A stretch of 64,000 bases of DNA. It comes from Acidobacteriota bacterium. Lineage in GTDB: Bacteria > Acidobacteriota > Thermoanaerobaculia > Gp7-AA8. The position numbers and the translations under genes are program-made. Location: contig JBDTRY010000001.1 in assembly GCA_039931435.1 (NCBI GenBank), positions 11,084 through 75,083 of the forward strand, written 5' to 3'. Shown here piece after piece: positions 30,911-40,980 of the stretch (position 1 is the first letter of the stretch; every line of letters starts with the position of its first letter). The notes below the pieces were generated by a model that worked only from the letters and a program-made list of their open reading frames with translations, had not been told where the DNA came from and did no database searches.

Positions 30911-30927
30911 TCGATTATCGAACCGCG
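30911..30927. promoter_or_regulatory. Perfect 17-bp palindrome GGTTCGATTATCGAACC, 36-52 bp upstream of the FHA-regulator start codon and about 45 bp downstream of the parC stop. Candidate operator or terminator-like hairpin (no U-tract).
   Basis: Read directly: ggttcgat t atcgaacc. A second short hairpin cgcag-gctttc-ctgcg lies at 30945..30960. Confidence 0.4.
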
Positions 30928-30972
30928 GCCTGTCACAGTGCAACCGTCGCAGGCTTTCTGCGGTTCGCACAC

Positions 30973-33294
30973 TCAGCCCAGTTCGATCGAATTCACGTTC
31001 TGGAATCCGCGCGGGAGTTTAAGACCGCGTAAGGCACGGCCACCGAAGTAGGCGTCGAGGTCGTCAGCCTTGAGCGTCGTGAATCGCTTTCCGGCGTGCA
31101 CCACCAGGCTTCCCCCCTCAGGAATGACCACCGCACCGAGCATCCGTTCGCCCTGCGATGGGCGCACGTTCATGATGCGCACGCCTTTGCCCCGGGCCAG
31201 CTGCGGAAGTTCCGAGGCGAAGAAAACGAGGAGCTTGCCCTCGGAACTCACGGCGGCTACGAGATCCGTCTGCACATTGAACACGCGCTGGGGAATGAGC
31301 ACCTTCCCGTTCTTTCCGACATTGACGATCGATTTCCCGGCGCGCTGTCTGGTGAACAGCTCATCGAGAGTAACGATGAAACCGTTGCCGTCGCTGGTGC
31401 TGACGAGGTAAAGATCTTCTCCTGCTCCCATCATCACTCCGGCGAATGTGGCGCCCGGCGGCGGATCGAAGTTGCTGCTCAAGGGCTCACCCTGGCCGCG
31501 CGCAGAAGGCAGGCGATGCGCGGGAACGGTGTAGCTCCGGCCAGTGGTGTCCAGAAAGAAGGCCTGCTGGTTGCTGCTGCCTTTCGCAGAATGGAGGTAG
31601 GCGTCGCCGGCTTTGTAGCTCAGCGAAGCGGGATCGATGTCGTGACCCTTCCCGGCGCGAACCCAGCCCTGTTCGGAAATGACTACCGTGACCGGTTCGG
31701 CTGCCACGAGCTGCGTCTCGTCGAGGGCCCGCGCCGCCTCCCGCTCCACGATCGGCGAGCGGCGATCATCGCCGAATTCTTCAGCATCGCGCTCCAGCTC
31801 CTCGCGCACCTGACGGCGCAGCTTCGTCTCCGATTTCAGGAGCTTCTCCAGTTTGTCCCGCTCGGCCATGAGCTTGTCCTGCTCGCCGCGGATCTCCATT
31901 TCCTCCAGGCGCCCGAGGTAGCGCAATTTCAACTCGAGGATGGCCTCCGCCTGGACGTCGCTGAGGCTGAAGCGCTTCATCAGCACCGGCTTCGGCTTCT
32001 CCTCGGTGCGGATGATGCGGATCACTTCATCAACGTTGAGGTAGGCGACGAGGTAGCCCTCGAGGATGTGCATGCGCTTCTCGACGGCGTCGAAGCGGAA
32101 CTGCAGACGGCGGCGCACGGTCTCGATGCGGAAGGTCAGCCAGTCGCTGAGGATTTGCCGCAGCCCGAACTGCCCGGGCCGGCCATCGAGGCCGATCATG
32201 GTGAAGTTGACGCGGTACGTGCGCTCGAGATCGGTCAGGGCGAAAAGATGCGTCATCAACTCTTCGACGTCCACGCGGTTGGAGCGGGGCACGATGACCA
32301 GGCGCGTGGGATTTTCGTGATCCGACTCGTCACGAAGGTCCTCGACCATGGGCAGCTTTTTGGCCTGCATCTGCCCGGCGATCTGCTGGAGCACCTTCGC
32401 TCCCGACACCTGATGCGGAAGGGCGGTAATGATCACGTCACCGTCTTCCCGTTCCCAGCGGGCGCGCATGCGGATCGAGCCGGCCCCTGTCTCGTACATC
32501 TCCAGGATCTCTTTGCGCGGCGTGATGATCTCGGCGTCGGTCGGGTAATCGGGTCCGAGGATGTATTCGCAGAGAAGCTTCGTCTTGATGTCTGGTTCTT
32601 CGAGGAGGGCGATGGCCGCGCCGACGACCTCCCGGACGTTGTGGGGAGGGATGTCCGTGGCCATGCCCACGGCGATCCCCGATGCACCGTTCAGAAGTAC
32701 GTGCGGAAGGCGCGCGGGCAGAAGCTTCGGCTCCTCGAGAGTGCCGTCGAAATTGCCGCCCCACTCCACGGTTCCTTGTCCCAGTTCCGCGAGCAGGACC
32801 TGAGCGAAGCGCGTGAGCTTGGCCTCGGTGTAGCGCATGGCTGCGAACGATTTAGGATCGTCCGGCGAGCCCCAGTTTCCCTGGCCCTCGATGAGGGGAT
32901 AGCGATAGCTGAAGGGCTGGGCCATGAGCACCATGGCCTCGTAGCAGGCGCTGTCCCCGTGCGGATGGAACTTGCCGATGACGTCGCCGACGGTGCGGGC
33001 GGATTTCTTGTATTTGGCCTGCCAGGAGAGACCGAGCTCGGACATGGCGTAGATGATTCGGCGCTGGACGGGTTTCAGTCCGTCTTCGAGATGGGGCAGC
33101 GCCCGGTCGAGAATGACGTACATCGAATAATCGAGGTAAGCCTTCTCGGCGAAGCGGGCCACGGGGAGTCGTTCGACGTCGAGCGCGGAGGAGCCGGAGG
33201 CAGGCATCCCGAACGAGAGTTGCTCGGAATCGGAGGTTTTACTTCTGCGCTTGCGAGCTTTGGGGGGATTGGGTTTCCTGGGCATCGACTTCAA
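30973..33294 (-). CDS. parC: DNA topoisomerase IV subunit A (ParC-type), 773 aa.
   Basis: [17 protein letters not shown]..., [53 protein letters not shown] and [24 protein letters not shown] are near-identical to the E. coli ParC active-site region (the NWG..DDPKSF form is ParC-type rather than GyrA NFGS.DGD). Confidence 0.88.
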   Translation of the reverse strand: MKSMPRKPNPPKARKRRSKTSDSEQLSFGMPASGSSALDVERLPVARFAEKAYLDYSMYVILDRALPHLEDGLKPVQRRIIYAMSELGLSWQAKYKKSARTVGDVIGKFHPHGDSACYEAMVLMAQPFSYRYPLIEGQGNWGSPDDPKSFAAMRYTEAKLTRFAQVLLAELGQGTVEWGGNFDGTLEEPKLLPARLPHVLLNGASGIAVGMATDIPPHNVREVVGAAIALLEEPDIKTKLLCEYILGPDYPTDAEIITPRKEILEMYETGAGSIRMRARWEREDGDVIITALPHQVSGAKVLQQIAGQMQAKKLPMVEDLRDESDHENPTRLVIVPRSNRVDVEELMTHLFALTDLERTYRVNFTMIGLDGRPGQFGLRQILSDWLTFRIETVRRRLQFRFDAVEKRMHILEGYLVAYLNVDEVIRIIRTEEKPKPVLMKRFSLSDVQAEAILELKLRYLGRLEEMEIRGEQDKLMAERDKLEKLLKSETKLRRQVREELERDAEEFGDDRRSPIVEREAARALDETQLVAAEPVTVVISEQGWVRAGKGHDIDPASLSYKAGDAYLHSAKGSSNQQAFFLDTTGRSYTVPAHRLPSARGQGEPLSSNFDPPPGATFAGVMMGAGEDLYLVSTSDGNGFIVTLDELFTRQRAGKSIVNVGKNGKVLIPQRVFNVQTDLVAAVSSEGKLLVFFASELPQLARGKGVRIMNVRPSQGERMLGAVVIPEGGSLVVHAGKRFTTLKADDLDAYFGGRALRGLKLPRGFQNVNSIELG

Positions 33295-33384
33295 TCAGAG
33301 CGTAGCGGATATCGCGCGCGGAGGATAGCACGGGGGCGATTGCGGCGCGGACCGGCACCCGCGGGGGTGCGCAGAGCAACGCGT

Positions 33385-33720
33385 CAGTCCCTCGGCCCCG
33401 CTCCGCCTGGAGAGCGGGGGTGTGGCGAGCGAACGCGAGCCGGGTGAGGGGCGCGGCGCACGATTAGGACGAAGTACGAATGTTGAATGAAGAGACTCAG
33501 TCCCTCGTCCCGCCTCCGGGAACAGGGTGGCGAGCGAACGCGAGCCTGGTGAGGGGCGCGGCGCACGAGAAGGACGAAGTACGAATGTTGAATGGAGAAT
33601 GTTGAATGTTGAATGCAGAGACTCAGTCCCTCGTCCCGCCTGCGGGAGCAGGGTGGCGAGCGAACGCGAGCCGGGTGAGAAGCGCGATTCGGAACAGGAG
33701 CCAACGCGTCCAAGCATTTG
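33385..33720. repeat. Tandem direct repeat, 3 copies of a roughly 110-120-bp unit (core ...cagtccctcg.cccgc...ggtggcgagcgaacgcgagccgggtgaggggcgcggcgcacga...gacgaagtacgaatgttgaatg), in the intergenic region upstream of parC.
   Basis: Three aligned copies starting about 33393, 33500 and 33620. Copy 2 carries an extra gaatgttgaatgttgaatg triplication. The third copy is truncated and diverged at its 3' end. Confidence 0.8.
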
Positions 33721-33892
33721 CTCGTGTCGGGGAGGAGGGCACGCTAATTCAGGAGTTCTTCCGGCACCCCTCCGGGGTGCACGACAACTTTTCGTGGGTG
33801 ACGGTTCGGATCCAGTGGTGGCGCGCCTCCGGCGCTTACCACCGGCTAATCTCTGGCACGCCTCCGGCGTGACCTCGGGCCTTTCGGCATCG

Positions 33893-34385
33893 TCAGCGCC
33901 AGATGATCACGGGATCGTTCACCTTCTTCGAGCCGTCCGGGTGTGTGACTACGATGCTGTACTTGTAACCGATGGCCGGTTCACACGGGCTCTTCGACTT
34001 CTTCACTTTCAGCGAACACTTTTTCTTCTTGTCTGCAGTGTTGCCCCGGCCATTCTTGTCCTGACATACGACAGGATCGAACGAATCTTCGATCGGATTG
34101 CTGACGACCTGAATATCCAGGTTGTCCGGAGAGTTTTCGCCGAGGTCCCAGTCCACCGTGTCGTCTTTTCCAGAAACATAGACGATGAACATGGTCTCTG
34201 GAATGGAACCATCGGAACTCACCGGCACCGTTTGCTGCATGATCTGGGGCGGCGGTGGTGGAGGAGGAGGCGCGGGAGGCGGAGGACCAGCCGCCGGGTA
34301 GGAGGAACGGCAGGCCGCTGATGTAATGACCATAAATCCCAGGATGGCCGCCGGAATCAATGAACGTATGCGATTCGATCTCACG
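33893..34385 (-). CDS. Small lipoprotein with poly-proline linker (about 164 aa from the GTG at 34385; the track ORF extends to 34579).
   Basis: AAAGGAG followed 7 nt later by GTG at 34385. N-terminus MRSNRIRSLIPAAILGFMVITSAAC (lipobox-like), then PPPPAPPPPPPPP. C-terminus ...YKYSIVVTHPDGSKKVNDPVIIWR. Confidence 0.55.
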
Positions 34386-34484
34386 ATAGATTCTCCTTTT
34401 TCATAAATTGGAGCCATTGATAGACGCCCGCGATCCGACGTTCCCGGGAGCACTCCGGGATTGATGGCCGGTTGTGAGGCCCGC

Positions 34485-34910
34485 TCAGCGCCAGATGATG
34501 ATCGGATCGTTCCTGTCAGGAGAACCTGCCGCATGGGACACGACGATTGTGTATCGGAACTCTGTCGGCGGTTGCCCATAGGGCTTGTCGTTTTTCACCT
34601 TCACCCAACATTTCGCGTCGGTCTGACAATGCTTGTCGAATACCTTATTCGCAGCAGCAGAGTCCTTCCACTCGATGTCGAGCTTGTCCCCGGCAACGGC
34701 GGAAAGAACATAATCGATCTTTGGGTTCTTTTTCGAGACCTCTACGGTTTCATCCTCCGCCGGGATTGAAGCATCGCTCTGAACATGGATTTCTCTATTT
34801 CCAGCCGTTTGCCCGCTGGTTCGAATCCAGGAACAGCAACCGGCCGTCGTGATTGCCAAAAACAGAATCACTGCTGAATTCACAGTCTGCAGAACAGAAC
34901 TCGATCTCAT
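34485..34910 (-). CDS. Small lipoprotein, paralog of 33893..34385 (141 aa).
   Basis: MRSSSVLQTVNSAVILFLAITTAGC lipobox. C-terminus FRYTIVVSHAAGSPDRNDPIIIWR matches the neighbour's ...YKYSIVVTHPDGSKKVNDPVIIWR. Confidence 0.55.
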   Translation of the reverse strand: MRSSSVLQTVNSAVILFLAITTAGCCSWIRTSGQTAGNREIHVQSDASIPAEDETVEVSKKNPKIDYVLSAVAGDKLDIEWKDSAAANKVFDKHCQTDAKCWVKVKNDKPYGQPPTEFRYTIVVSHAAGSPDRNDPIIIWR

Positions 34911-34932
34911 CGTGCCTCCTCGTTCGGATTCA

Positions 34933-37512
34933 TCAGCCGGCGATAGCAGCGGGCCGCCGTCGTCCCATCAGCCCGTCGAACTCGGGATCCTTGTCGATTT
35001 GCCACGAAGGATACCCCGCTTCTTTCGCTTTCCGGAGCCAGTCCAGCGCCGCTTCCCGCTTGCCGGCGATGGTGGAGACCACAGCTTCGGCGTAGAAGTT
35101 CGTGGGGTCGGCCGGACTGATGGCAATGGCGCGGTCCGCATGCCGAACGGCGTCGTCCACCTGACCGATTTTGCTGAGGGACAGGGCCAGCACCGCGTGC
35201 GCCTGTGCATCATTGGGATTGACCTTCAAAGCATCGTTGGCAAGGGCCACCGCCTTTTCATACGTCGTCGCCGCTTTTGTTTTCAGGGCCGGAGTCCAGC
35301 GGTAGGCGTCGGCGAGATTCAGCCAGAGCAGGTAGTCTCTCGGCGAGAGTTGGACGGCCGTCTCCAGCGATTGCGCGGCAGCCCCAAAGCGACCGAGCAG
35401 GTAGAAGCAGAAGGCACGGTTGGAGAGGGCGTCGGCGTTCGCTTCGATTCTGATGGAATGCGAATAGGCTTCCAGCGCATCCTCAACCTTTTCCCGCGAC
35501 AGATAGACGTTCCCCAGCTGGAGGTAGCCCCGTGCGTTATCGGGAGTGAGACGGGTGACGGTCTCGAACATCTTCGTCGCTTCGTTGAGATTTCCCTGTT
35601 TGGCGTAGAACACACCCAGCCTGCTGTAGCCTCCCCAGAACCCGGGACGGAGAGCGATGGCCCGTTCGTACATTTTCCGGGCCTCGTCGGAATCGCCGTG
35701 CGCTTCGTAGGCCTGGGCAAGGCCGATGGTGGCCTGGGGCGAATCCGGCGACTGCGACAGGGCCCGTCTGAATTCATCGATGGCCCGCTGAGTATTCCCC
35801 GTGGCCAGACTGAGCTCGCCACGCGTGGAGCTGACTTCGGAGTTTGCCGGGTCGAGTGCCGCAGCCCGGTCAGCCTCGCGCAGGGCCACCTGCGCAGCGG
35901 CAGGATCGTGGGAGAGGTTGTATCGATAGAGAAAAGCGCGGCCCAGGGCGGCATGAAGGAGCGCTGAACGTTCAGCCTGCGGCGACATGTTCTGCAGCAG
36001 GCGGATGGCTTCGTCGACCGAGTCGGCGCGCTCGTAGCGCTGCAACAGACCAATGGCGCTGAGATACCGCTGCTGATCGTCAGCATTCTCCAATCCGGTT
36101 GTCGGCTGGCGGACGGCGTTCTGCACATTGAGATCGAGAGCGTCCACCACTCTGTCCGCCAGACGATCCTCGAGCGCGAAGATGTCTGTGTCCGGTCCCT
36201 GTACGGTGGCACCGGCGATACTCCCCCGCTCGGGGTGCACGAGCATGTAGGTGATGCGAATCTGCCCGTTCGAGCGCTGCACCGTGCCCCGCAGAATGAG
36301 ATTCGCACCGAATTCTGTGGCGATCTTACCGAGGTCGGTCTCATCGCGAACGGACGATGTCACGGACGCGGGCATGACCTGAATGCCGGGAAGCCCGGCC
36401 AGGCGCGCGCTGACCGTCTCCGAGACGCCGTCGCTGAATAGCTGACCTCCGGGCTGGCCGCTCAAGTCCTTGAAGGGCAGCACCGCCAGATATTTTCTGT
36501 CCGGAATCTCCTGGGTCTGTGCCTCATGAATTCCCAGCCAGGCCAGCGCGGCCAGCGCGGCGGCGATGAGCACTCCGCCGAAGACGAGACGGGGAGTTTT
36601 CCCGGCCGGTACTCGCAAGCGAGTCGAGGCGGCGCGGGGCTGCGTCGGTGATGGAAGATGCTGCAAAGATTTCTGAAGATCGCGCGTCAGGTCGGATGTC
36701 GAACCATACCGGTCTTCAGAACGCTTGCCGAGCAGCCTCTCGATGATCCAGCAGAGGGTCTCCGGAACCTGGCGGTTGATCTGCTGAATGTTCGGCGGAT
36801 CTTCGCGCATAACCGCGGATAGCGTTTCGATGGTCGTGGCCCGTTGGAAGGGACGCAGTCCTGTGAGCATTTCGAAGAGAATCGTCCCCAGTGCGAACTG
36901 GTCGGTTCGAAAATCGACGGGATCTCCCACGGCCTGTTCCGGCGACATGTACCCCACCGTTCCCAGGATCGTTCCCGGTTCGGTGATGCGTTTGGACAAG
37001 CGCGCCGTATCGTCGCCGTGCTCGGGACTCTCATCGAGCTTGGCCAGGCCGAAATCGAGGATCTTCACTGTCCCGGCGGCACCAACCATGAGGTTGTCCG
37101 GCTTCAGATCGCGGTGAACGATTCCGCGGGCGTGGGCCACGGCCAGTCCCTCGCTGACACAGATGGCAATCTCCAGTGCGCGCTTCACCGGCATCGGCGC
37201 TTCGTGGTCGATGATCTTGTGAAGGCTCTCCCCTTCCACGAGCTCCATGACGATGAACGGTTGGCCGCTGGTGCGTCCCACGTCGTAGATGGTGACGATC
37301 GAGGGATGGGAGAGCATCGATGCGGAACGGGCTTCGCGCTCGAAGCGCTGATACAGTTCCGAATCTTCGGTGACCGTGGAGGGCAGGACCTTCAAGGCCA
37401 CTTTGCGGCCGAGGTGCGTATCGCGGGCGCGATAGACCTCCCCCATTCCTCCGGAACCGATCAGGTCGAGGATCTCGTAAGGGCCGATGTGGGAGCCCGG
37501 TTCCATTGTCAT
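34933..37512 (-). CDS. Ser/Thr protein kinase (Hanks-type) with a transmembrane segment and a C-terminal TPR-repeat domain (859 aa).
   Basis: GSGGMGEVYRARD...KVALKVL, HRDLKPDNLMV, DFGLAK, GTVGYMSPEQ. Hydrophobic LVFGGVLIAAALAALAWL. C-terminal half rich in TPR-like A/L/Y repeats. Confidence 0.88.
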   Translation of the reverse strand: MTMEPGSHIGPYEILDLIGSGGMGEVYRARDTHLGRKVALKVLPSTVTEDSELYQRFEREARSASMLSHPSIVTIYDVGRTSGQPFIVMELVEGESLHKIIDHEAPMPVKRALEIAICVSEGLAVAHARGIVHRDLKPDNLMVGAAGTVKILDFGLAKLDESPEHGDDTARLSKRITEPGTILGTVGYMSPEQAVGDPVDFRTDQFALGTILFEMLTGLRPFQRATTIETLSAVMREDPPNIQQINRQVPETLCWIIERLLGKRSEDRYGSTSDLTRDLQKSLQHLPSPTQPRAASTRLRVPAGKTPRLVFGGVLIAAALAALAWLGIHEAQTQEIPDRKYLAVLPFKDLSGQPGGQLFSDGVSETVSARLAGLPGIQVMPASVTSSVRDETDLGKIATEFGANLILRGTVQRSNGQIRITYMLVHPERGSIAGATVQGPDTDIFALEDRLADRVVDALDLNVQNAVRQPTTGLENADDQQRYLSAIGLLQRYERADSVDEAIRLLQNMSPQAERSALLHAALGRAFLYRYNLSHDPAAAQVALREADRAAALDPANSEVSSTRGELSLATGNTQRAIDEFRRALSQSPDSPQATIGLAQAYEAHGDSDEARKMYERAIALRPGFWGGYSRLGVFYAKQGNLNEATKMFETVTRLTPDNARGYLQLGNVYLSREKVEDALEAYSHSIRIEANADALSNRAFCFYLLGRFGAAAQSLETAVQLSPRDYLLWLNLADAYRWTPALKTKAATTYEKAVALANDALKVNPNDAQAHAVLALSLSKIGQVDDAVRHADRAIAISPADPTNFYAEAVVSTIAGKREAALDWLRKAKEAGYPSWQIDKDPEFDGLMGRRRPAAIAG

Positions 37513-37666
37513 GAACCTGTTACAGCGATTATAGAGTGTCGCCCGCGATCGGACGGCTGAAGGGTCGGAGCTTGCAGCACTGGATTCGAAGACCGCGCCG
37601 GTCAGCGCATCCGCCCCCTTTTCACGGGGCGGTGCCCGACCATCCTTCAGTTCGCAAAATAGCGAG

Positions 37667-38818
37667 CTACGTAATCATTTCCTGGTCGATACGAATGTTC
37701 CGGCGCTCCAGTTCCCGGACGAAGGCATTGGGTTCGATGGCTTGTTCCTGGGGAATCGCTCCCTTCCGGCGGGTCTCGCCGTTGGCCATCATCTGGGCCA
37801 CGATCGAAGCGGGAAACGCCGTTGTGCGCATCATGGCGCTGACGTTGTTCTCTTCGTCGTACTCGTCGATGATCTGGTAGCGAAGTTCGCGGCGTCGTCC
37901 TTCCGTACCGGCCATGAAGGAGAGCCGGACCAGAACGACATCCGGTCCATCGGCGGGGAGATTGTCGACGAGGAGCTTCCCGAAGAGTCTGCGCGGGGCG
38001 ATGGAGATCCCGTCGATCGCCACCGGCTCGCTGCGGCCCAGCCCGAGGTCGAGCATGGCCTTGAATCGCTCGCAGTGGCCGGGGTAACGAATGGTCTTGT
38101 AGTCGAGATTGCGGATGCGCGTGCCCAGGGATTGCGGCAGCGTCGATGTTCCCCCGGAGGTTTGAAACGCTTCCATGCGGCCCCAGGGTTCAGGGAAATC
38201 GAGAGTCTCCAGTTCCGTCATCGATTCGACGGTGATCAGTTTCCCGTCGCGCACGACCCTGGCCGCCTCGACGTATTCGTTGATCAGCCCCTCCACGGAG
38301 AAGACAATCTGATAGTCGAGGGGCGGTTGCGGATCCTTCGGCAGACCGCCCACGCGGATGTGGAGGGAATCAGCTTCCGGGAACCGCTCCAGCCCGTGCA
38401 TGGCCAGGACCGAAACCATGCCGGGGGCAAGACCGCAGTCAGGAATGATGTTGATGCCAGCGGCACGCGCTTCCTCGTCCAGGGCCAGTTCGGCGGCCAC
38501 GACATCGTTGTTTCCACCGAGATCGCAAAAATTGGTTCCGGCGCGGATGGCCGTCCGGGCCAGATCGACATTGTGTTTGTAGACCACGCAACTGATCACG
38601 GCGTCGTGACCACGCATGAGATCTTCCACGGCGGCGGGATCGTTCACGTCGATCTGACGAGCCTGGAGCGTTTCATGGCCGATCTCGCGGCAGACCTGCT
38701 CTGCGCGTTCCCCGTCGATATCTGCGATGGTCACCGAGTCCGTGTTCGAGTTGCAGGCGAGATCGAAAGCTGCGCCGAATCCCATGCGGCCGGCGCCGAG
38801 AACCAGAATCCTGGTCAT
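37667..38818 (-). CDS. Saccharopine dehydrogenase family NAD(P)-binding protein (383 aa).
   Basis: MTRILVLGAGRMGFGAAFDL Rossmann motif. Overall match to the Sacchrp_dh/LOR family as I recall it. Confidence 0.7.
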   Translation of the reverse strand: MTRILVLGAGRMGFGAAFDLACNSNTDSVTIADIDGERAEQVCREIGHETLQARQIDVNDPAAVEDLMRGHDAVISCVVYKHNVDLARTAIRAGTNFCDLGGNNDVVAAELALDEEARAAGINIIPDCGLAPGMVSVLAMHGLERFPEADSLHIRVGGLPKDPQPPLDYQIVFSVEGLINEYVEAARVVRDGKLITVESMTELETLDFPEPWGRMEAFQTSGGTSTLPQSLGTRIRNLDYKTIRYPGHCERFKAMLDLGLGRSEPVAIDGISIAPRRLFGKLLVDNLPADGPDVVLVRLSFMAGTEGRRRELRYQIIDEYDEENNVSAMMRTTAFPASIVAQMMANGETRRKGAIPQEQAIEPNAFVRELERRNIRIDQEMIT

Positions 38819-38860
38819 TGCACTCCTTTGAGATCGCCGGCAGGCAGATTCGCCGCCGTC

Positions 38861-39346
38861 TTACTGCCCCGAGTCGTCGGCGCTGGGGCCGTAGATCGAT
38901 GGAACGGTGGCGCCCATGGGACGCAAATAGGTAGAGAGTTGTCCGCGATGGTGCACCTGATCGAACAGAATCATCCAGGCGTGCCGGAAGCCGGTCTCGC
39001 GCATCAGTTCCTGACCGCCGACGACGAAGGGGATCTCCCTCTCCCAGGATTCACGGCCCAGCGCCTTCAGCCGCGCCACGATCTGGTCATGTCCCTTATC
39101 CCATTCGGCCAGAATCTCGCTCATCGTGGCCGGAATGGGCATGTGGCCCCACTCGAACTTTCCGCTTTCCAGCGCGCGAGCCAGACCGGCCTCCTCGTTC
39201 ACCAGCACCCAGGCCAGTTCGCCGGCCGATCTCGAATTGGGATGCGGACGGTAGTCCATTTGATCTTCGGGGATTTTGGCCATGACCTTGCGGGTGATGG
39301 AGCCTTCGTCCTCGAAAAACTTGAGGAAGAGTTGCTGCTCGTCCAT
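38861..39346 (-). CDS. DinB/YfiT-like (DinB_2) family protein (161 aa).
   Basis: Four-helix-bundle family hallmarks: ...RSAGELAWVLVNEEAGL..., ...HHRGQLSTYLR.... Confidence 0.65.
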   Translation of the reverse strand: MDEQQLFLKFFEDEGSITRKVMAKIPEDQMDYRPHPNSRSAGELAWVLVNEEAGLARALESGKFEWGHMPIPATMSEILAEWDKGHDQIVARLKALGRESWEREIPFVVGGQELMRETGFRHAWMILFDQVHHRGQLSTYLRPMGATVPSIYGPSADDSGQ

Positions 39347-39486
39347 TTAGAAGTCCTTTATTGATCTGGGAATCGCCCAGCCGAAAGCCAGTGATCCGCT
39401 CGAGAATCACGGAGAGATCGCTGTGATCCTGGACCTCACAATATGAAGATCCGGCTGGAAGATCAACCGCCCTGCCCGTTTCACGT

Positions 39487-40980
39487 TCAGGGCCCGGGCT
39501 TCTGGCGCGATTCTGCAACTGCCACCACCACCGGTCCCGCAGAGAGGATGGGGTGCAGTGTAAATTGCACACTGAGGGCACGCTGTTCGTCGGAGCCCAG
39601 CTCTCCAATCCAGAAAAACCGGGCCCCGGCGGCGTCCGGCAACGAAGCGGCCTCACCGGCCAGTTCGGAAACGGGCTGGCCCGCTTCCCGCCAGCCTGGA
39701 TGGCGCTGCTGCCGCGAGGGAAAGGTCAGCACTTCAGGGGACCATCGCCCATCGCGCTGGCTGATCACTTCGAGATATTCGAGGCCGGAAACGACGATCG
39801 TTGATCGCTCCGGCAGTCTGCGTCGGGCCGACTCAGCGATGAGCCGGTACGGGTGATCCGGGCGGGAACGGTGCTCGAGGACGCCGGTGTAGATCGAATA
39901 GCCACCCGTTGCCACAAAGACACCGACGAGCACAGAGCGCAGTAGCTGCGGAAGCTCACGAAGCGAGAAGGCAAGCCAGAGCATCAAAGGCACGGCCAGT
40001 ACCGATTCGAATCGCAAAGGGTAGTACATCGTTTTGCCGGCCAGGGCGCCAATCGCTGCAATAAGCAAGGGAGTGAGAGTCATGACTCCGAAGAGGCGCG
40101 CTTTCATGCTTCGCATCGACCCGATCATCACTACGGCGGCAACGGCCAGGAGAGAAATCATCTGGATCCAGACCGCCGGCGGCGGCAGAAAGACGGCGGG
40201 AAACGGAGCAGCAAACCCGAGATGGCGCAACTCCGTAAGGACGAGGCCGGGGCCGGACTGTTCGGAGGCCATCCAGCGGATGGCATCATGGGGCTGCCGC
40301 GAGGCCAGCCAGAAAAAGGGACTGTAGGCCACCCCGACGAGAAGAGACCCGGAAAATGCGTCCCGAATCATGCCTTCTCTGCGCACCAGAAGGGCAACGA
40401 CGAACGGTACGGCAAGAAAGAGCACTCCGTAGTAGTGACAGCAGGCCGCCAGAAAAAAACAGGCGAACGATGTGACGAGCGAACCTCTGGATCCGGTTTC
40501 GGTCCAGCGATGCACTGCCAGGACGCCGAAGGCCACGAGCATTCCACAAAGTGCATAGGCTCGTGCTTCGGTCGCAAAGTACACGCTGGCGGGAAAGAAC
40601 GACAGGAGCACGGCGGCGATCCATCGCGACTCTTTCAGCCGTTTTGTGCTCAGAACGGCCAGCACTGAAAGGAACGAGAACAGAAGCGAGACGAGCCTGA
40701 GCGTCGGCACCTGGGCGATGCTTGAATCCGTTCCGCGAAGGAGGTGCACCGGAAGCGCAACGATCCAGTAATAGAGCGGCGGACCCGAGTCCCCAAGCAG
40801 CGCGCGCACGATACCGCCCGGAGAGCGGCGCGCGATCCACACCGTGAACAGCTCATCGAAAAATGGGGAACGGACGTAGCACAACATCAGGCGCAGCGTC
40901 AGGAACACCAGCAGGATGAGGACGGCGGCGGCGAGAAAGGCCGTCTTCTCCCGCCGCGAGCCGCTGACGGAAGTGGTCAC
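39487..40980 (-). CDS. Polytopic membrane glycosyltransferase, GT39/ArnT (PMT_2)-like (497 aa).
   Basis: About 11-13 hydrophobic segments. Early-loop DELFT motif (the DE signature of GT-C ArnT/PMT-like enzymes). The start overlaps the cheY stop by 4 bp. Confidence 0.55.
   Translation of the reverse strand: MTTSVSGSRREKTAFLAAAVLILLVFLTLRLMLCYVRSPFFDELFTVWIARRSPGGIVRALLGDSGPPLYYWIVALPVHLLRGTDSSIAQVPTLRLVSLLFSFLSVLAVLSTKRLKESRWIAAVLLSFFPASVYFATEARAYALCGMLVAFGVLAVHRWTETGSRGSLVTSFACFFLAACCHYYGVLFLAVPFVVALLVRREGMIRDAFSGSLLVGVAYSPFFWLASRQPHDAIRWMASEQSGPGLVLTELRHLGFAAPFPAVFLPPPAVWIQMISLLAVAAVVMIGSMRSMKARLFGVMTLTPLLIAAIGALAGKTMYYPLRFESVLAVPLMLWLAFSLRELPQLLRSVLVGVFVATGGYSIYTGVLEHRSRPDHPYRLIAESARRRLPERSTIVVSGLEYLEVISQRDGRWSPEVLTFPSRQQRHPGWREAGQPVSELAGEAASLPDAAGARFFWIGELGSDEQRALSVQFTLHPILSAGPVVVAVAESRQKPGP

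Noticed and set aside
33385-33720. Possible CRISPR array
   Set aside because: Only three copies, repeat unit about 75-117 bp with short variable joins. This does not fit the CRISPR geometry of 25-50-bp repeats with similar-sized unique spacers.
34805-34830. tRNA-like T-arm sequence ctGGTTCGAATCCag
   Set aside because: It lies inside the conserved coding region of the lipoprotein paralog. No D-arm, anticodon-arm or CCA context could be reconstructed around it.
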